64,000 nucleotides of DNA from Sphaerodactylus townsendi (lineage: Eukaryota), in the NCBI RefSeq assembly GCF_021028975.2, contig NC_059433.1, forward strand, positions 93,806,001 to 93,870,000, in the 5' to 3' direction. The translations under genes and the position numbers were made by a program. The notes beneath the pieces were generated by a model. It was not told where the DNA came from, did no database searches, and saw nothing but the letters and a program-made list of their open reading frames with translations. Below, piece after piece: positions 21,601 through 34,300 of the stretch (positions are counted from its first letter, which is position 1; each line of letters starts with the position of its first letter).

Positions 21601-24194
21601 AATCTGAGCTGAAGGGCAGGTGTCAGCTACATGACTCTCTACACAGTGAGCATCAGGGTCTGATAGGCAAAACTAGTTTTTCTTGGCTTAATGCTGGTAA
21701 GAAATGGCTTGTGTGATCAAAACAACTAGCAAAAAGCACATCAAAATTAAAGATACAGTTGTTACCTTTATTTTTGCCATTTTCCCCCTAGATATTACAA
21801 AAGCACTCATAGTGTCTGAATTGGGATCCAACCGTGAACCAGAGGTTTTAAAAACTATTCTTTCTAATATGCAAAAGCTTCTCAGCATTCCGATACATGG
21901 GTATGTCATTTAAAAAAAATATTTTTTAAAAAAATCTTAATAATGCCATCTTACATACTGTTAGACCTTTCTAAGCCCACTGAACTCAAGGAACTGTGTT
22001 TAGGAGAGCACAACAAGTTGCTTCTTAACAAACAGGTTTTCCCCCTGAATGGCACTGAAAGGTATTGCCCAGGGCATAAAAGAATGGCCCCCACCCATGC
22101 ATTCAAGGACTCAAAGAGAAATCTTTCCAGTTTCAGTATAGTGGAACCTTGGTTTTCACCGCTAATCCGTCCGGCGACGGGCAGCAAAACCCGAAAATGG
22201 TCTGCTCCAAGGTACGCCATTTGCGCAACGCAAACGGTGCACCAGAGATATTCAAAAGTCACCACAGAAGCCAAGGCAACCGCCAATCTCCGAGGCGACC
22301 AAACGGCCGGGGGCAACCAGCGAAGACCGAAACCGTCGATCTCCGAGGGCAACGAAGACCGAAGTTTGACTGTATACAGTTTGTAGGAGCAAAGGGAGCA
22401 TTTTGTGCTTGGGCCAGAACAGGAACTATGGCATAATGTGAGGTTGTTAGCCCTTTGTAAGTTGCCTCCAAGAATGGTTTTTGATTGCGAGAATAGGATA
22501 GAAATACTTTGCTGAAAATAAGTCACGTGCCCCCTATCTTCAAAGGGGGAAATCAAGATTCAGCTGACATAGTGACCCCATAGGATTTTCAAGACAAGAA
22601 ATGTTCAGAGGTGGTTTGCCATTACCTGCCTTTATGTCATGCCTTTGGGGTTCCTTGGAGGTCTCCCATACTTGGAGATCTCCAAATACTTGCCAGCTTC
22701 AAGGATGACAGCAAGTGGCTGGCCCGAGGTCACCCAGCAAGTTTGCAGGGCAGAGCAGGGATTCAGACCTGGGTTTCCCAGATTCTAGTCCGACATCTTA
22801 ACCACTACACCATGCTGGCTTTTCAAGGTATGGAGGGATTTACACAGGGACAAAGAATAGAATATGTGGGATAGGAGTAGCAGAGAGGACATTGCTGCAG
22901 GGACTTTATAGGTTGTCAATGTTTTGAATGTGTTTCTATTTTCATTTGGCAGCAGGTTTCTTGTTGACAGCATGATTAGACCCTTCTCTCAAAGTCCTTT
23001 TTTCATGTATGACAATGGCATTCTAAAAATAAAATTTAAGATTGTATTGTCAGTATATTAATATTTTATGATTTTCAAAAATGAATGATTTCACTACTCT
23101 GATTGCTGCTGTGACTGATAATATGCTCATCAGCAGTTGGAATCAGATGTCTGTTTCCATCAAATTTAGGAACCTCTGCTAAAGGAGACGAGTTGTTTTG
23201 TTTTTGTCCTATTACCAAGTCCTACTGCCGATTTTCAGTTCATTCCTGTCCCCAAACAAAGGATTCCCAGGGACTCATAGGGCTACTGGGTGTTTGTGTC
23301 TTAATTCACTGGCAGAGTTTGACTGAGACAACTTTGAATCACTTTTCATATCAGTATGCCAGATGACCTGCACAGGTATAGTAATGCACAACCCAAGGTT
23401 CTCCAGCGATCTATTTTCTCTGTTTTAGGATCAGAGCAGTTGGGACAGCAGCTGTAAATATGTGTCTGGTGGCAACAGGAGGAGCAGATGCCTATTATGA
23501 GATGGGGATTCATTGTTGGGATATGGCAGGAGCTGGAGTCATTATTACTGAAGCTGGTGGAGTTCTGCTTGACATTTCAGGTAAAACGTGACAAACATAA
23601 AAATTAAAGGACACCTATTTACAAATCTTATAAATAGTTAACTACATTTTGTTCCAATAGTTCAACTGGCTGTTGGACTTGTGCAAGGTCTCAACCCATT
23701 TTAAACACTTTGTAACTCCGTCTTCCAGTGTTCGCCAGCATCCACTTTAAACCCTCCCCCAATTTTTATTTTTTTTGCAGACCTAGGGAGTCCTCCGATT
23801 CTGCTGAAAAATCTGTTGGGAGTTAGTCTGCCCTTATCTGTAGATTTAAATCTATCTGTAGATTTAAATATTCTCAGGCAAGGAGCTCTACTCTAGGTAC
23901 ATTTATGCCATTAAAACAGTGCCATAATAGCACTATAAAACATACAGCCGGATTACAGAATTAGAGATTGTGCACCATAGTGGGTATAACAGAACAATAT
24001 GCTTCAAACAGTGCAACAGAGCTTTCGTAGAACCAAAGGCCATAAATCAATTTTTCTTTTTCTGTTCTCCCCCAGGTGGACCATTTGATCTCATGTCAAG
24101 AAGAATCATTGCAGCAAACAGCCAAGTTCTAGCAGAGAGGATAGCCAAAGAGATTCAGAGTATCCCTTTTCAAAGGGATGATGCAGCACATTAA
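18628..24194 (+). CDS. IMPA1: IMPA1, inositol monophosphatase 1, 278 aa; join(18628..18690,18848..18981,20679..20783,21031..21076,21192..21300,21792..21900,23429..23580,24076..24194)
   Basis: 837 nt in frame; [13 protein letters not shown] start; [19 protein letters not shown] and WDMAGA catalytic motifs; TAA at 24192. Confidence 0.97.
18848..18981 (+). CDS. IMPA1: IMPA1 coding exon 2
   Basis: [44 protein letters not shown](S). Confidence 0.95.
19550..19694. other. Assembly gap (145 N) in an IMPA1 intron
   Basis: Run of N; the flanking exons still join in frame. Confidence 0.99.
20679..20783 (+). CDS. IMPA1: IMPA1 coding exon 3
   Basis: [34 protein letters not shown](R). Confidence 0.96.
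21031..21076 (+). CDS. IMPA1: IMPA1 coding exon 4
   Basis: [15 protein letters not shown]. Confidence 0.95.
21192..21300 (+). CDS. IMPA1: IMPA1 coding exon 5
   Basis: [36 protein letters not shown]. Confidence 0.95.
21792..21900 (+). CDS. IMPA1: IMPA1 coding exon 6
   Basis: [36 protein letters not shown](G). Confidence 0.95.
22139..22372. mobile_element. CpG-rich Tc1/mariner (Tigger/pogo-like) MITE, 234 bp
   Basis: TA TSD at 22137 and 22373; imperfect TIRs TAGTGGAACCTTGGTTTTC vs CAGTCAAACTTCGGTCTTC (reverse complement of the right end). Confidence 0.75.
23429..23580 (+). CDS. IMPA1: IMPA1 coding exon 7
   Basis: [50 protein letters not shown]. Confidence 0.96.
24076..24194 (+). CDS. IMPA1: IMPA1 coding exon 8 (last)
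   Basis: [39 protein letters not shown]. Confidence 0.95.
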
Positions 24195-26110
24195 ACGTCA
24201 CCCTTTCACTCTACCTTTGACAGGCCGTTGGTCTGTGTCTATAAAAATAGCTTTCATTGAAAAGGACACAGTTTTGCACTTGAGTAGAGTAGCAGATGAA
24301 TATTAGTTTGGTCTTAACATTTCAAAGCCTCGTACTTGAATTCCTCTTTCTTCTCCTCTCCCCACAAGCTCCACACATATCCTGGTTTTTATCTGTTGTT
24401 CAGTTTAGAAAGCATTTAAAACTATCACTGAGTGAATATTGTGAATATTTGTGAAGCTCTCAAGAAGTGGGGTGGATTCATCTGCTGGGTTTTCATACAT
24501 AATATGTATAGTGTGTATGTGATTAATAGCTATTAAGAGACACTTCATTTCCAGACAGTGTTCTAGAACTTATAGCAGTGCATAAAAGAGAATATTAAAA
24601 AAATTGGTCAAAAATATCTTAAGTACAGGTTGCTGGTCCACTCTGATACACTCTGTGTAGTAGTAAAGCCAGATAGACATTTCCTCAGTAAAAAAATGGC
24701 CCCAACTCTGAACTTTACTAATAGAAACAGAGATGCGAGGGAGAGTAATAGCAGTGGAGAATTGGCCTGTAGGTGGCAGAAGTGCTTAGCTCTTTTCTTG
24801 CCCAGGGATTCTTCCCTGCAAATACCTGTTCTTTTTTCCCTTCCCATCCTCTCAGCTGTCTTAGCTCAAGCTGTCTTATTCTGTTTTGAAGATCAGCTGG
24901 GAATTAAACTCTTGCCTGCCAAGTTTTCTTGGAAGAAATGTCCTTTGCATTACCCAAGTTCTGCATGCACCAGCTTTGTTGATTTTTCCCACATTCCTGG
25001 GAATATTTATTTGTTTTATATAGTACTCTGATTATTGATACACGCCCATTTTAATGGTCCTCAGTGTACAAAGAGACACCATAATGCCACAGTTGAAGGC
25101 AAGGCCCTTCCAAAGTCAAGCACTTTGAAATCAATGAGAGTAAAATGCCAGAGCAGAACATATGCTAACATCTCTCCATTGAAATCAACAAGACTAAAAA
25201 TTGCCTAACTCTGGCCAGAGCGTAACTGCCGTTGGTTTTATTTGCAGCATTTATCCTTTTGGGGAGGTTTTTTGTTCCTTCATAGTGGCTCAGAAGTGTT
25301 TCTAAGAGGAGTTGGAAAGGAGTAGTAAATTGTTTAGACCAGAGGTTTCCAACTCTGGCTCCCCAGATGTTCATGGACTATGATTCCCATCAGCCCCTGC
25401 CAGCATGGCCATGGACATAAAAAGAAAAACAAAAAGAGAATGCCATTGCTGATTTACCAGTGTGGAAATATTTAGCTTTGTTGGCTTTGTACTGCAGAAT
25501 TGCAGCATCAGATGGTTTATCAAAAGATCCCCTTTCCCCAATGTCTGATTTTGATGAGCTGGGGCAAATTGGTGGGGTGGGCTACAAATATTGGGTTGGA
25601 TCTCCAGAGTGTTTACATGGACAGAAGGATTTCCACCTACAGAGAGTGGCTTTCTCATCTCTTGCTGCAGGGGGCGCCTGTCCTCAAGGAACAGTATTTG
25701 AGAATGCAGGCAGGGGTAGTCAGAAGATCACTGTGGGTAGAAACCCTCCTTTCCACAGAAACGGTCTGATGGATCCAAACATTTGTGCCCACATTTGTGA
25801 GCTACAGCTGTGATTTGAGCTCAGGCCATGACGGATTGCTGTATTGTGTTTAAGGTGCCGCAACAGTCTTCTGTTTGTTTTCTAGATACATACTGTACAT
25901 GGATATCTTGTTTGCTGTAAAATAATGATTTATACCATTGAATTATACACTGGAGAGATGACTGGAGAGCTTTGCAGTATTCAATAAAATTGAGTTGAAT
26001 CATATACTATATATATTTAGTCTGGTGCTGCCATCAGGATGCTTTCAGTGTCCCACATGCAGCCATATCCTTGTCACAAACCAGCTTGTGTTATTATGAT
26101 TCCTCTAGGG

Positions 26111-26258
26111 CAGGGGTAGGGAACCTGCGGCTCTCCAGATGTTCAGGAACTACAATTCCCATCAGCCTCTGTCAGCATGGCCAATTGGCCATGCTGGTAG
26201 GGGCTGATGGGAATTGTAGTTCCTGAACATCTGGAGAGCCGCAGGTTCCCTACCCCTG
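26111..26258. mobile_element. 148-bp palindromic hAT MITE, copy 3
   Basis: Perfect TSD ctctaggg. Confidence 0.92.
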
Positions 26259-26800
26259 CTCTAGGGAACAGTGATTGTTCCAGATGGACCAGCAACCTGT
26301 TCACATAATAGGCGTGTTGGTAATATTACAGAATATTCTGTACGTTTGTGTACTAGTCTGCTGGGCTTTGCACTGGATCTTCTATTACATTTCCGGCTCA
26401 GCCATAACCATGGCATCACAGCAAACCTGTATTCTCCTCTAAAGCTTATAATAATGGGTTGTTGAAGTAAATGTCACCAATAAGATTTAGTTTTTAATTT
26501 AATTTCTTCCAAAATTACATGACTCCATAAATTAATCACCGTGACATCAAATTGTTCGTAGCCCAAGGCTCAGGTTCTTACCGTAAGTAGCTGATGCATC
26601 CTTAGAGTTTAGTAATGGTGGAAGTCCAATGGTTCAGTTCTGGGAACTCTGTGGTGAAGTTGGGTATCCCGTAGGGTCTGGGATATTAGGGCTGTGACAC
26701 CAGTGCCAAGGAGTAGTTGCCTGAAGTTCAGAAAGCCATAGAATCTATTCTAAATGTTAATCAACTTGTCTCTAGATGCTAAATGAGCCTCATCACCTTA

Positions 26801-26936
26801 CAGTGGTGGCGAACCTTTGGCACTCCAGATGTTATGGACTACAATTCCCATCAGCCCCTACAATTGGCCATGCTGGCAGGGGATGATGGGAATTGTAGTC
26901 CATAACATCTGGAGTGCCAAAGGTTCGCCACCACGG
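26801..26936. mobile_element. Palindromic hAT MITE, sister subfamily
   Basis: CAGTGGTGGCGAACC...GGTTCGCCACCACGG with the same ctacaattcccatcagcccc core; TSD not preserved. Confidence 0.8.
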
Positions 26937-27060
26937 CTTTAGGATGTTACTTTTTCTGAATTGTCAGAATAATTCCTAAGTACATCAGAATAAGTAGATG
27001 ACTCCTGGTTTCTGTGTGAAGCTGTAGGTAAGGGGGAATCATTATGAGTCAGATTTGTTT

Positions 27061-27100
27061 TGTAAAATAAAATTTGTTCTGACTGTACAATTACAATAAA
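27061..27100 (+). terminator. Candidate distal IMPA1 polyadenylation signals
   Basis: AATAAA at 27066 and 27095, each preceded by TGTA and followed by T/GT-rich sequence; an alternative AATAAA lies at 25983. Confidence 0.45.
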
Positions 27101-28739
27101 GTTTATCTTTGTTTGGAATGTTGGTCTTGAAAAAACATGAATATTTTTTCCTCAGTCAAATAGCATATACATTTTACGTCAGAAGCAGAAAGTAGAAGGT
27201 GGTGGTTACCAAACTCATGGTCTGTTAAAAATACAGCACATTACAACTGATGGTTTTACAAGGGTCAGTAGAGACAGTCACTGTGGTGTGGTGTGGTGGC
27301 CAGAGTGTGAAATTAGGATCTAGTCTCCACTGCTTTGACCCTTACTAGGTGAACTGGCCCAGTCACTTTTTCATGCAGCCATACCTACAACACTGGGTTG
27401 TTGTAAGGAGGGAGGAAATATGGACACCATTTTGGCCTCCTTGAAGTAAGGGTGACATAAAGATGTGTTGTAAACAGTCTAAAACTACATCCAGCACTAG
27501 CTGCCTGCCATCTTGTTCCCCTCTAAGGAGTTGCTGTTCCGCAGCCAGTATAATGACCCATGAGGATGGGAAGACCCTGGAAGAAGTCTGGATTCTTTAT
27601 GTGTTTTATAACTACATGGGCGAAGATAATCATGTGAGTCTTTTCTACCCAGCCATTCTATCTTCTGGCCAAGTCATAATCAAGTGCGAAAGAACTATGT
27701 TGCTGGATCTGCCCGTGCAGTTCTGGTATTCACATATATGCTTGACAAGAATGGCTCAGACTAGCCTGATCTTGCCATTGTCTGCCTTGTTAGTACTTGA
27801 ATGGGACAATGCTAAGAAAGTCCAGGGCTGTTAGTTTAATTTATTAGATTTGATATCCCGCTCTCCCCTACGGAGCAGGCTCAGAGCAGCTCACAATATA
27901 TGCAATACAAGTTACATGTAAATACTGCCTAAACTTTTAAAAAATAATTAATCTGTTACACAAAGGCATAGAAAACCACATTTGTTCATCTCCTGCCTTG
28001 GAAACCCTTCAGGGTCATCCTACACCGGCTGCAACTGGACAGCACTTTCCACCAATATTTGCATATATGCTGTGAGACTGTACCACAGGAAATCAGCTTC
28101 CACACCTTTGTAAGTGCATGTGGATGGGACTTTTTGACTCAGCTGGAGGTATACACAATGATGTTTTCAGTTCAAAGCTGTTTGGAGGATTAAAAGTCTA
28201 CAGATTCCTAACCCTGGCAATCTTGCTGTGTTGTTGGCAAGCATGATGATAATTCTATGATGCACATTTTTGCAAAGACTGGCTCATGTTAATGTACATT
28301 ACAGAAACGAACCAAGAGCGTTTTGTTTAAGCTGTTGCAGCAGTGCTGTCAATAATGAAGATATGAGTAACCTTTGCTACTAGTACATCTGTAATGACTC
28401 GCTAAATTGCCATTGCTAACATCATGGTCTTCTTTTTTTCTCATCCGTGACTCATGTGGCATGTTAATATTCAAACACCCCTTCCCTCCCACAGCTATTG
28501 TTTGCCAAGAAGATCCTGCTTAGGGAGTGGCCTCCTTCCTTCCCACAGGCTGCGAAAGATGTGGATATTGTTGGCCTTTGTATAATGAAAAGAAGATATG
28601 TCATTAATCTGAATATTTTGTCAGGGGTTGTGTGCATCTACAAAGCATGGAGTTTCTGTTCCCTTTGTAACCTGTATCCCTATGAATGTGACTACTAACT
28701 ACTGACTTTTGGTTGATATAGTGTTAGTTACTTAAATTT

Positions 28740-29332
28740 ATAGACTTCAATCATATCCCCCCTCAAATGTCTCTTCTCTAAACTAGAGTCCCAAACGCTG
28801 CAGCCTCTCCTCATAAGGAAGGTTCTCCAGTCCCTCAATCATCTTCGTTGCCCTTCTCTGCACTTTTTCTATCTTTTCGATGTTCTTTTTGAGATGTGGT
28901 GACCAGAACTGAACACAGTACTCCAAGTGCGGTCGCACCATTGCTTTATATAAGGGCATGACAATCTTTGCAGTTTTATCATCAATTCATTTCCTAATAA
29001 TCCCCAGCATAGAGTTTACCTTTTTCACAGCTGCCATGCATTGAGTTGACATTCCCATGGAACTATCAACTAAGACGCCCAAATCCCTTTCCTGGTCTGT
29101 GACTGATAGCACTGACCCCTGTAGCGTGCATGTGAAGTTTGGATTTTTTGCCCCTATGTGCATCACTTTACATTTTGCTACATTGAACTGCATTTGCCAT
29201 TTCTTAGCCCGCTAACCTAATTTATAAAGGTCTGCTTGGAGCTCTTCACAATCCTTTGTGGTTTTCACCACCCTACAAAATTTGGTATCATCCGCAAACT
29301 TGGCCACCACGCTACCCACCCCTAGTTCCAGG
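28740..29332 (-). mobile_element. CR1 LINE reverse-transcriptase 3' fragment
   Basis: MQFNVAKCKVMHIGAKNPNFTCTLQGSVLSVTDQERDLGVLVDSSMGMSTQCMAAVKKVNSMLGIIRK. Confidence 0.92.
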
Positions 29333-30431
29333 ATGACAAAAAGCACTCTCAATAAGTTTGTTCTACTGAATAATACTCAGTAATAAATGTTATAACAACA
29401 TTATGACACACACACACGCCAAAAAATTATGCAGCCTCCACCAACGTTTTGCCATTCCCATAAACATCTATTGCCAGTAACTGTTAATATAATAATAGTA
29501 TTTTGTAGGCTTGGATGATGACATGGTTATAGAAGTCAGTGTTTTGCATCGTACTACTTAGGAGGAAGCCTGAAACAATGTCACTTTTCCTAAATGCTTT
29601 TAATTAAACAAAAGGGCAACAAGTCTGAAGCATCTGCAGTTTAATATTGAGAGCCAGGAAGACAACTGATTGTGTGATCTACAAGTATTTTAGAGCTGGC
29701 ATCTCAAATATAAACAAAACTGGTGGTGTTTACTTGTACTTGGGCTGTTTTGTCCATTTCTCCAATACCAAGGTCAAACACTGAGTTAAGTTCCATTTGT
29801 CAAGCAGTAGGATGCTGCTAGCTACTTGTTGTGCAATAATATATTTCTAGAGAAACATTCAACAGGGGAAAGATAAACAGGTATACTAGTCACAAGTAGG
29901 GATGCCTACTGCCTGGGGACAATAGATCCGGTCACCTTAACAGAGGAAGAATTAGATTTTATTTACCAGGTGATATTTATCTCCATGTTATGAAAAACTT
30001 CAGCTGCCTATTTCCAAAGACTAAGCCACTGTTAAAGGAACAGGATTTGTTTTCTCCAGGCATGTTAGCAACTCATTCTACTGTGGGTGGGTGGGGTTGG
30101 TCCTTAGACAATCTGATTCAGTTTGCTGTTTCAAATGACAGGCAAGGGCCCAACTCAGCCTGTGAACTTCAACTAAAGAAGTAGACACTGTTCTTTGGCC
30201 AAGGCTCATCTAGATGGCACACTGTAAGACACACAGCTGTTTCATCAGGCCTATGGTTCAGGCAGCACTAGTTTGTCATCAAACAGCCTCACCCTCATCC
30301 TCTCACCCATCCCATCCCTTCTATAAATGATACGAACTTACTGTATTAAAATGAGATTTTTAGTTACTATTTAGGTTTTTAGAGTTAGGATAGTTGTTGG
30401 TTTTAATCTTTAAACTTTATTGGAAAAGTAA

Positions 30432-30722
30432 GAGCCAGTGTAGTAGTTAAGAGTGGTGGATTCTAAACTGGAGAATTGGGTTCAATACCCCACTTCTTCA
30501 CCTGAGCAGCATACTTTAATGTGGTGAACCAGGTTTACTTCTCCACTCCTGTACATGAAGCCTGCTGGGTGACCCTGGACTAGTCATAGTTCTCTCAGAA
30601 CCCTCTCAGTCCCACCTGCCTCACAGAGTATCTGTTGTGGGGAGAGGAAGGGAAGGAGTCTGTAAATTGCTTTGAGACTTGTGGTTGAGAAAAGTGGGAT
30701 ATAAATCCAAACTCTTATCTTC
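30432..30722 (+). mobile_element. Squam3-like SINE, near full length
   Basis: tRNA-like head gagccagtgtagtagttaagagtgg, B box gggttcaatacc, L2-like tail ending aaatccaaactcttatct. Confidence 0.75.
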
Positions 30723-31124
30723 TATTGTATTTATTGCTGTTGGAAGCCACCCTGAGCCCCTGAGGAAGACCAGCATACAAATATTAATATTATAACAGTG
30801 GACATGCTTTGTCACATCCATTCCCAGAAAATGCCAAAAAAGATATGTATACCAGCCGTCCCACATATAAGTTTTTTGATAGGGCACCACAATGTCCACT
30901 TATGGCTTAATACTAAAAGTTGGGCTTAGTGACTTTGGGTGTACTAGGGAAAGCTGGGAGTTGGTGTGGGCAAGGGCTTTCCTGCTTCTGCCATGCACTG
31001 GAATGATCCAGAATTAGGTTCCATAATTTCATCCATAAATTTAACAGATTACTGAGGGATATCCATTCACTTCTGGATGACAGACAAAAGAAGGCCAAAG
31101 CAGAGGACATGCAAAAACTTCTAA

Positions 31125-31360
31125 ACTCCTTCCCTTCCTCTCCATACAACAAACACCTTGTGAGGTAGATGGGGCTCAGAGAGTTCTGAAGAACTTACTA
31201 GCCAAAGGTCACCCAGCAGGTTTCATTTGTAGAATTGGGAAAACAAATTCAGTTCACCAGATAAGAGTCTGCTGCTCACGTGGACAAGCAAGGAATCAAA
31301 CATGATTTTCCAGATTAGATTCTCCAGATTAGAGTCACCTGCTCCTAATCACTACACCAC
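31125..31360 (-). mobile_element. Squam3-like SINE, inverted relative to 30432-30722
   Basis: Reverse complement of the same family. Confidence 0.7.
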
Positions 31361-34300
31361 AAAAGATTGTTGTAGTTTACACACAGCAGCAAGCTAGGGT
31401 TTGGCCAGTTCTCAGGCATCAACTTTTCATTCTCCCTCCCTTTTCTTCCTCATGCACTCCAGTTTTCTCCTTTGTTTTCTCAACTGCAGTACATTGTAAG
31501 TTACTCACCTCTGACCCAGGCAAGTTATGGTTTGTGTAAGATGTAGCTTGTCTGCAACCCAAAATAGAAACATTGATCTGATTTGAAGTTTTGAGTTGGG
31601 GTTTACAGACTGCAATTTGTGTGACGAGCTACAGTTGGCTACAACTATGCTTCACATAAAAAGAAGAAACATAAGAGGAGAACGATCCACTAGCTGAGTC
31701 AGTGACTCTCAAATAGCTGGAAAATGTAGTATGCTGATATCATACAATGCTTCCTTTGTCGTTAAAATTCACCAGCACATTGTGGGAGGCAGAAATGCTA
31801 CAGGTAAAAGTTCTTTCCATCACTCTAGCCTTATGAGGAAAAAGCTTCACCAGTTGAATTTCCCTGTCATGAAATTGTTAAACTCACAGGCGCTCTGCCA
31901 GGAGAAAGGTGGAACCATACTCCAGCTGAGGCTGTCCCCCTGGTCTCTTTAACCTTTGTTTGTTCCAGAGAATAATAGGCATCATTTCCCCCCTCTAGAA
32001 TCCCAGTGATTACAAAACTGAAATCATTTCCCCTTAAACAAAATGACAAGGGGGAGGAGAGGGAACCCAGCAAGAGTAAGAGGTAAAAGCCAGAAGAATG
32101 AAAATTTCCAGGAACAAAGTTCAGACAGACCTTTTCCTTTCTAAAGTGTGTGAAAGATTCAAGCTCCTACCAGTGATGTCCAATCATTCAAGCTGAAAAT
32201 CTCCTGTGTGCAAACTTCCTCACAATGTTTTTAAAAACCTTCACTTTTAACAGAACACTCAGCATTACTCTAAAATGATATTTCCAATGCTTTTGTTTGA
32301 AACATGTATGCTGTTGTACCTCTTTCACATGGCTATTTCCTGATCCTTGTTGACAGCCCAACAATTACAAAATTAGCTAAATTACCAAAAATATGCTTTC
32401 CTTGGCTGACTCAGTTCTGCTAAGATTTTTTTTAAATTTATGCCCCATTTTCTCCCCAATGGAAAACCAAAATAGTTTACAACATTGTTCTCCCATTTTC
32501 ATTTTATCCTCACAACAAACAGGCTTGGAGAAAAATGTCCTGTCCCTTGAACTGTAGCTTGCTGTGTGAAAATGGACAGCTGAAGCTTTTCATGGCATAG
32601 AGGTAAATAACATCGTTTGGTAGACCACATCCCCATAAGCTTCTGTTAAAGAGACAGGACATTTTTCCCCAAGCTGTTAGCAACCATATCTGTAAGGTGG
32701 GCAGTCTGGCGAGCCCAAATTCACTCAGCACATTTCCATGGCGGACTGGAGATTCAAATCTTTCAGATCTTTAACCATTATGCATGCTGGGGATAAGGTG
32801 TGGTGAACTGCTAATCTTGCAGTACAATTCCAGATAGTGCTACACCCTTCTAAATGAAGGCTTATGGCCAAGTAGACATTCCATGGTCGGACTAAGAGAA
32901 AGGGGCAAACAGTTTCTTCACACAAACGCTCAGACATTTCCCCTGGCAAAAATTGCACAGGAGGGAAGTCGACCCCCCGCTGTTTGGAGACAAACAGAGC
33001 AATAGAGTTCTTTTAAGGTGAGTTCCTCAGTTCTTGGTGTGTCACAGTAATTCAGGTTGGGCACCCCAACTGAACTTGTGTCACAGGTTACATCTAGTTT
33101 AGACATTAGGGAATTTAACTCTGGTTGGAAATGCACAGTTGGCCATTCCAGTACTCCAGCTGTGATCATTTCACTGCCCAGCTCCCCAATCTAAATGTGA
33201 TCATTAAGTGTACTGAACTGAATGGCAAATATTTTCTGTTACCACCACTATGAAAAGAATAGAGAACAAGCCTAAGGTGATATTCTCAACACCTTACTCA
33301 GGTCTGTTCAATGGAGCTTACTCCCAGGAAAGTATTTACAGGATTGCTCTGTTAATCCAGTCCATTCTGACCATGTTGAATAGCACAAAAGTTGCTATTG
33401 ATGTTAAATGATGCATTTGACAAGGAAGTCAACTGTAGACAGGCACCAACAGTGGCTACCCAGCCCAAATGCTGTCAACTATAAAATCACAAAACCATTC
33501 AAAATACTGTATTATACTGTGAACAAACCATCGATTTAAGTATGTGTGTGCTCATGTTAAGAAAAAATTAAGCATTATGAAAAGGGAATGTTTGATTTCC
33601 AAAAAAAACACTGTTGCAAAGATCATACATCACTCCATTAGATACTATGTCTTAGTGTTCCTTCACCCAGCTCTGTTAAATTGTCACATCCTCTTTTTTA
33701 GACAGATCACATGTGATGCACTTTGCTAGCAGTAGCCAACCCTTGCAAGAATTATAAGCACGACAGCCCTGACACATGCTAGGGTATTATTTAAGATATG
33801 TCACATGAGTAAGGTTGCGGATTTTTTGACCTGATCATCATACGTGTGACTGGAGAGGCACCTTAAAACTGTTTGAGGGCCCAACTCTGCTGCAGAGTAT
33901 GCCTTCAGAGTATGTCTTCCCTCCTTTCTATCACATGTTGTTATCATGAGTAAAACAGTTTGTAGGCAAGGGGGCTGTTTATACATGCATCTGGATAGCA
34001 GACCCCCCACAGTTATTTTTTGCTCATAAAAATAATATGGAAGGTGAGGCTGTAGCCCCATAATACCACTGTTGCCACAGACTTGGGGGCCCAAGTGATT
34101 TTAAAGATGAGTCACACATGGAACCACCAATCTGACTCATATCACACATCTTTTAAGTAAATATCATTGAGTGGACATTGGAAAGAAGAGGTAGCCTAGG
34201 CTAGCAATCTTGATACTGTTTTCCTTCAAGTAAGCCCCACTTAATAGAATGGGGCTTACTTCTGACTAGAATTGCTGAGGATTTCTCTCTGTTTGACCCC

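Noticed and set aside
21943-22556. Overlapping 147-201 aa ORFs on both strands, suggestive of an endogenous virus
   Set aside because: The open frames come from a GC-rich MITE with TIRs and a TA TSD; no viral protein motifs were recognised
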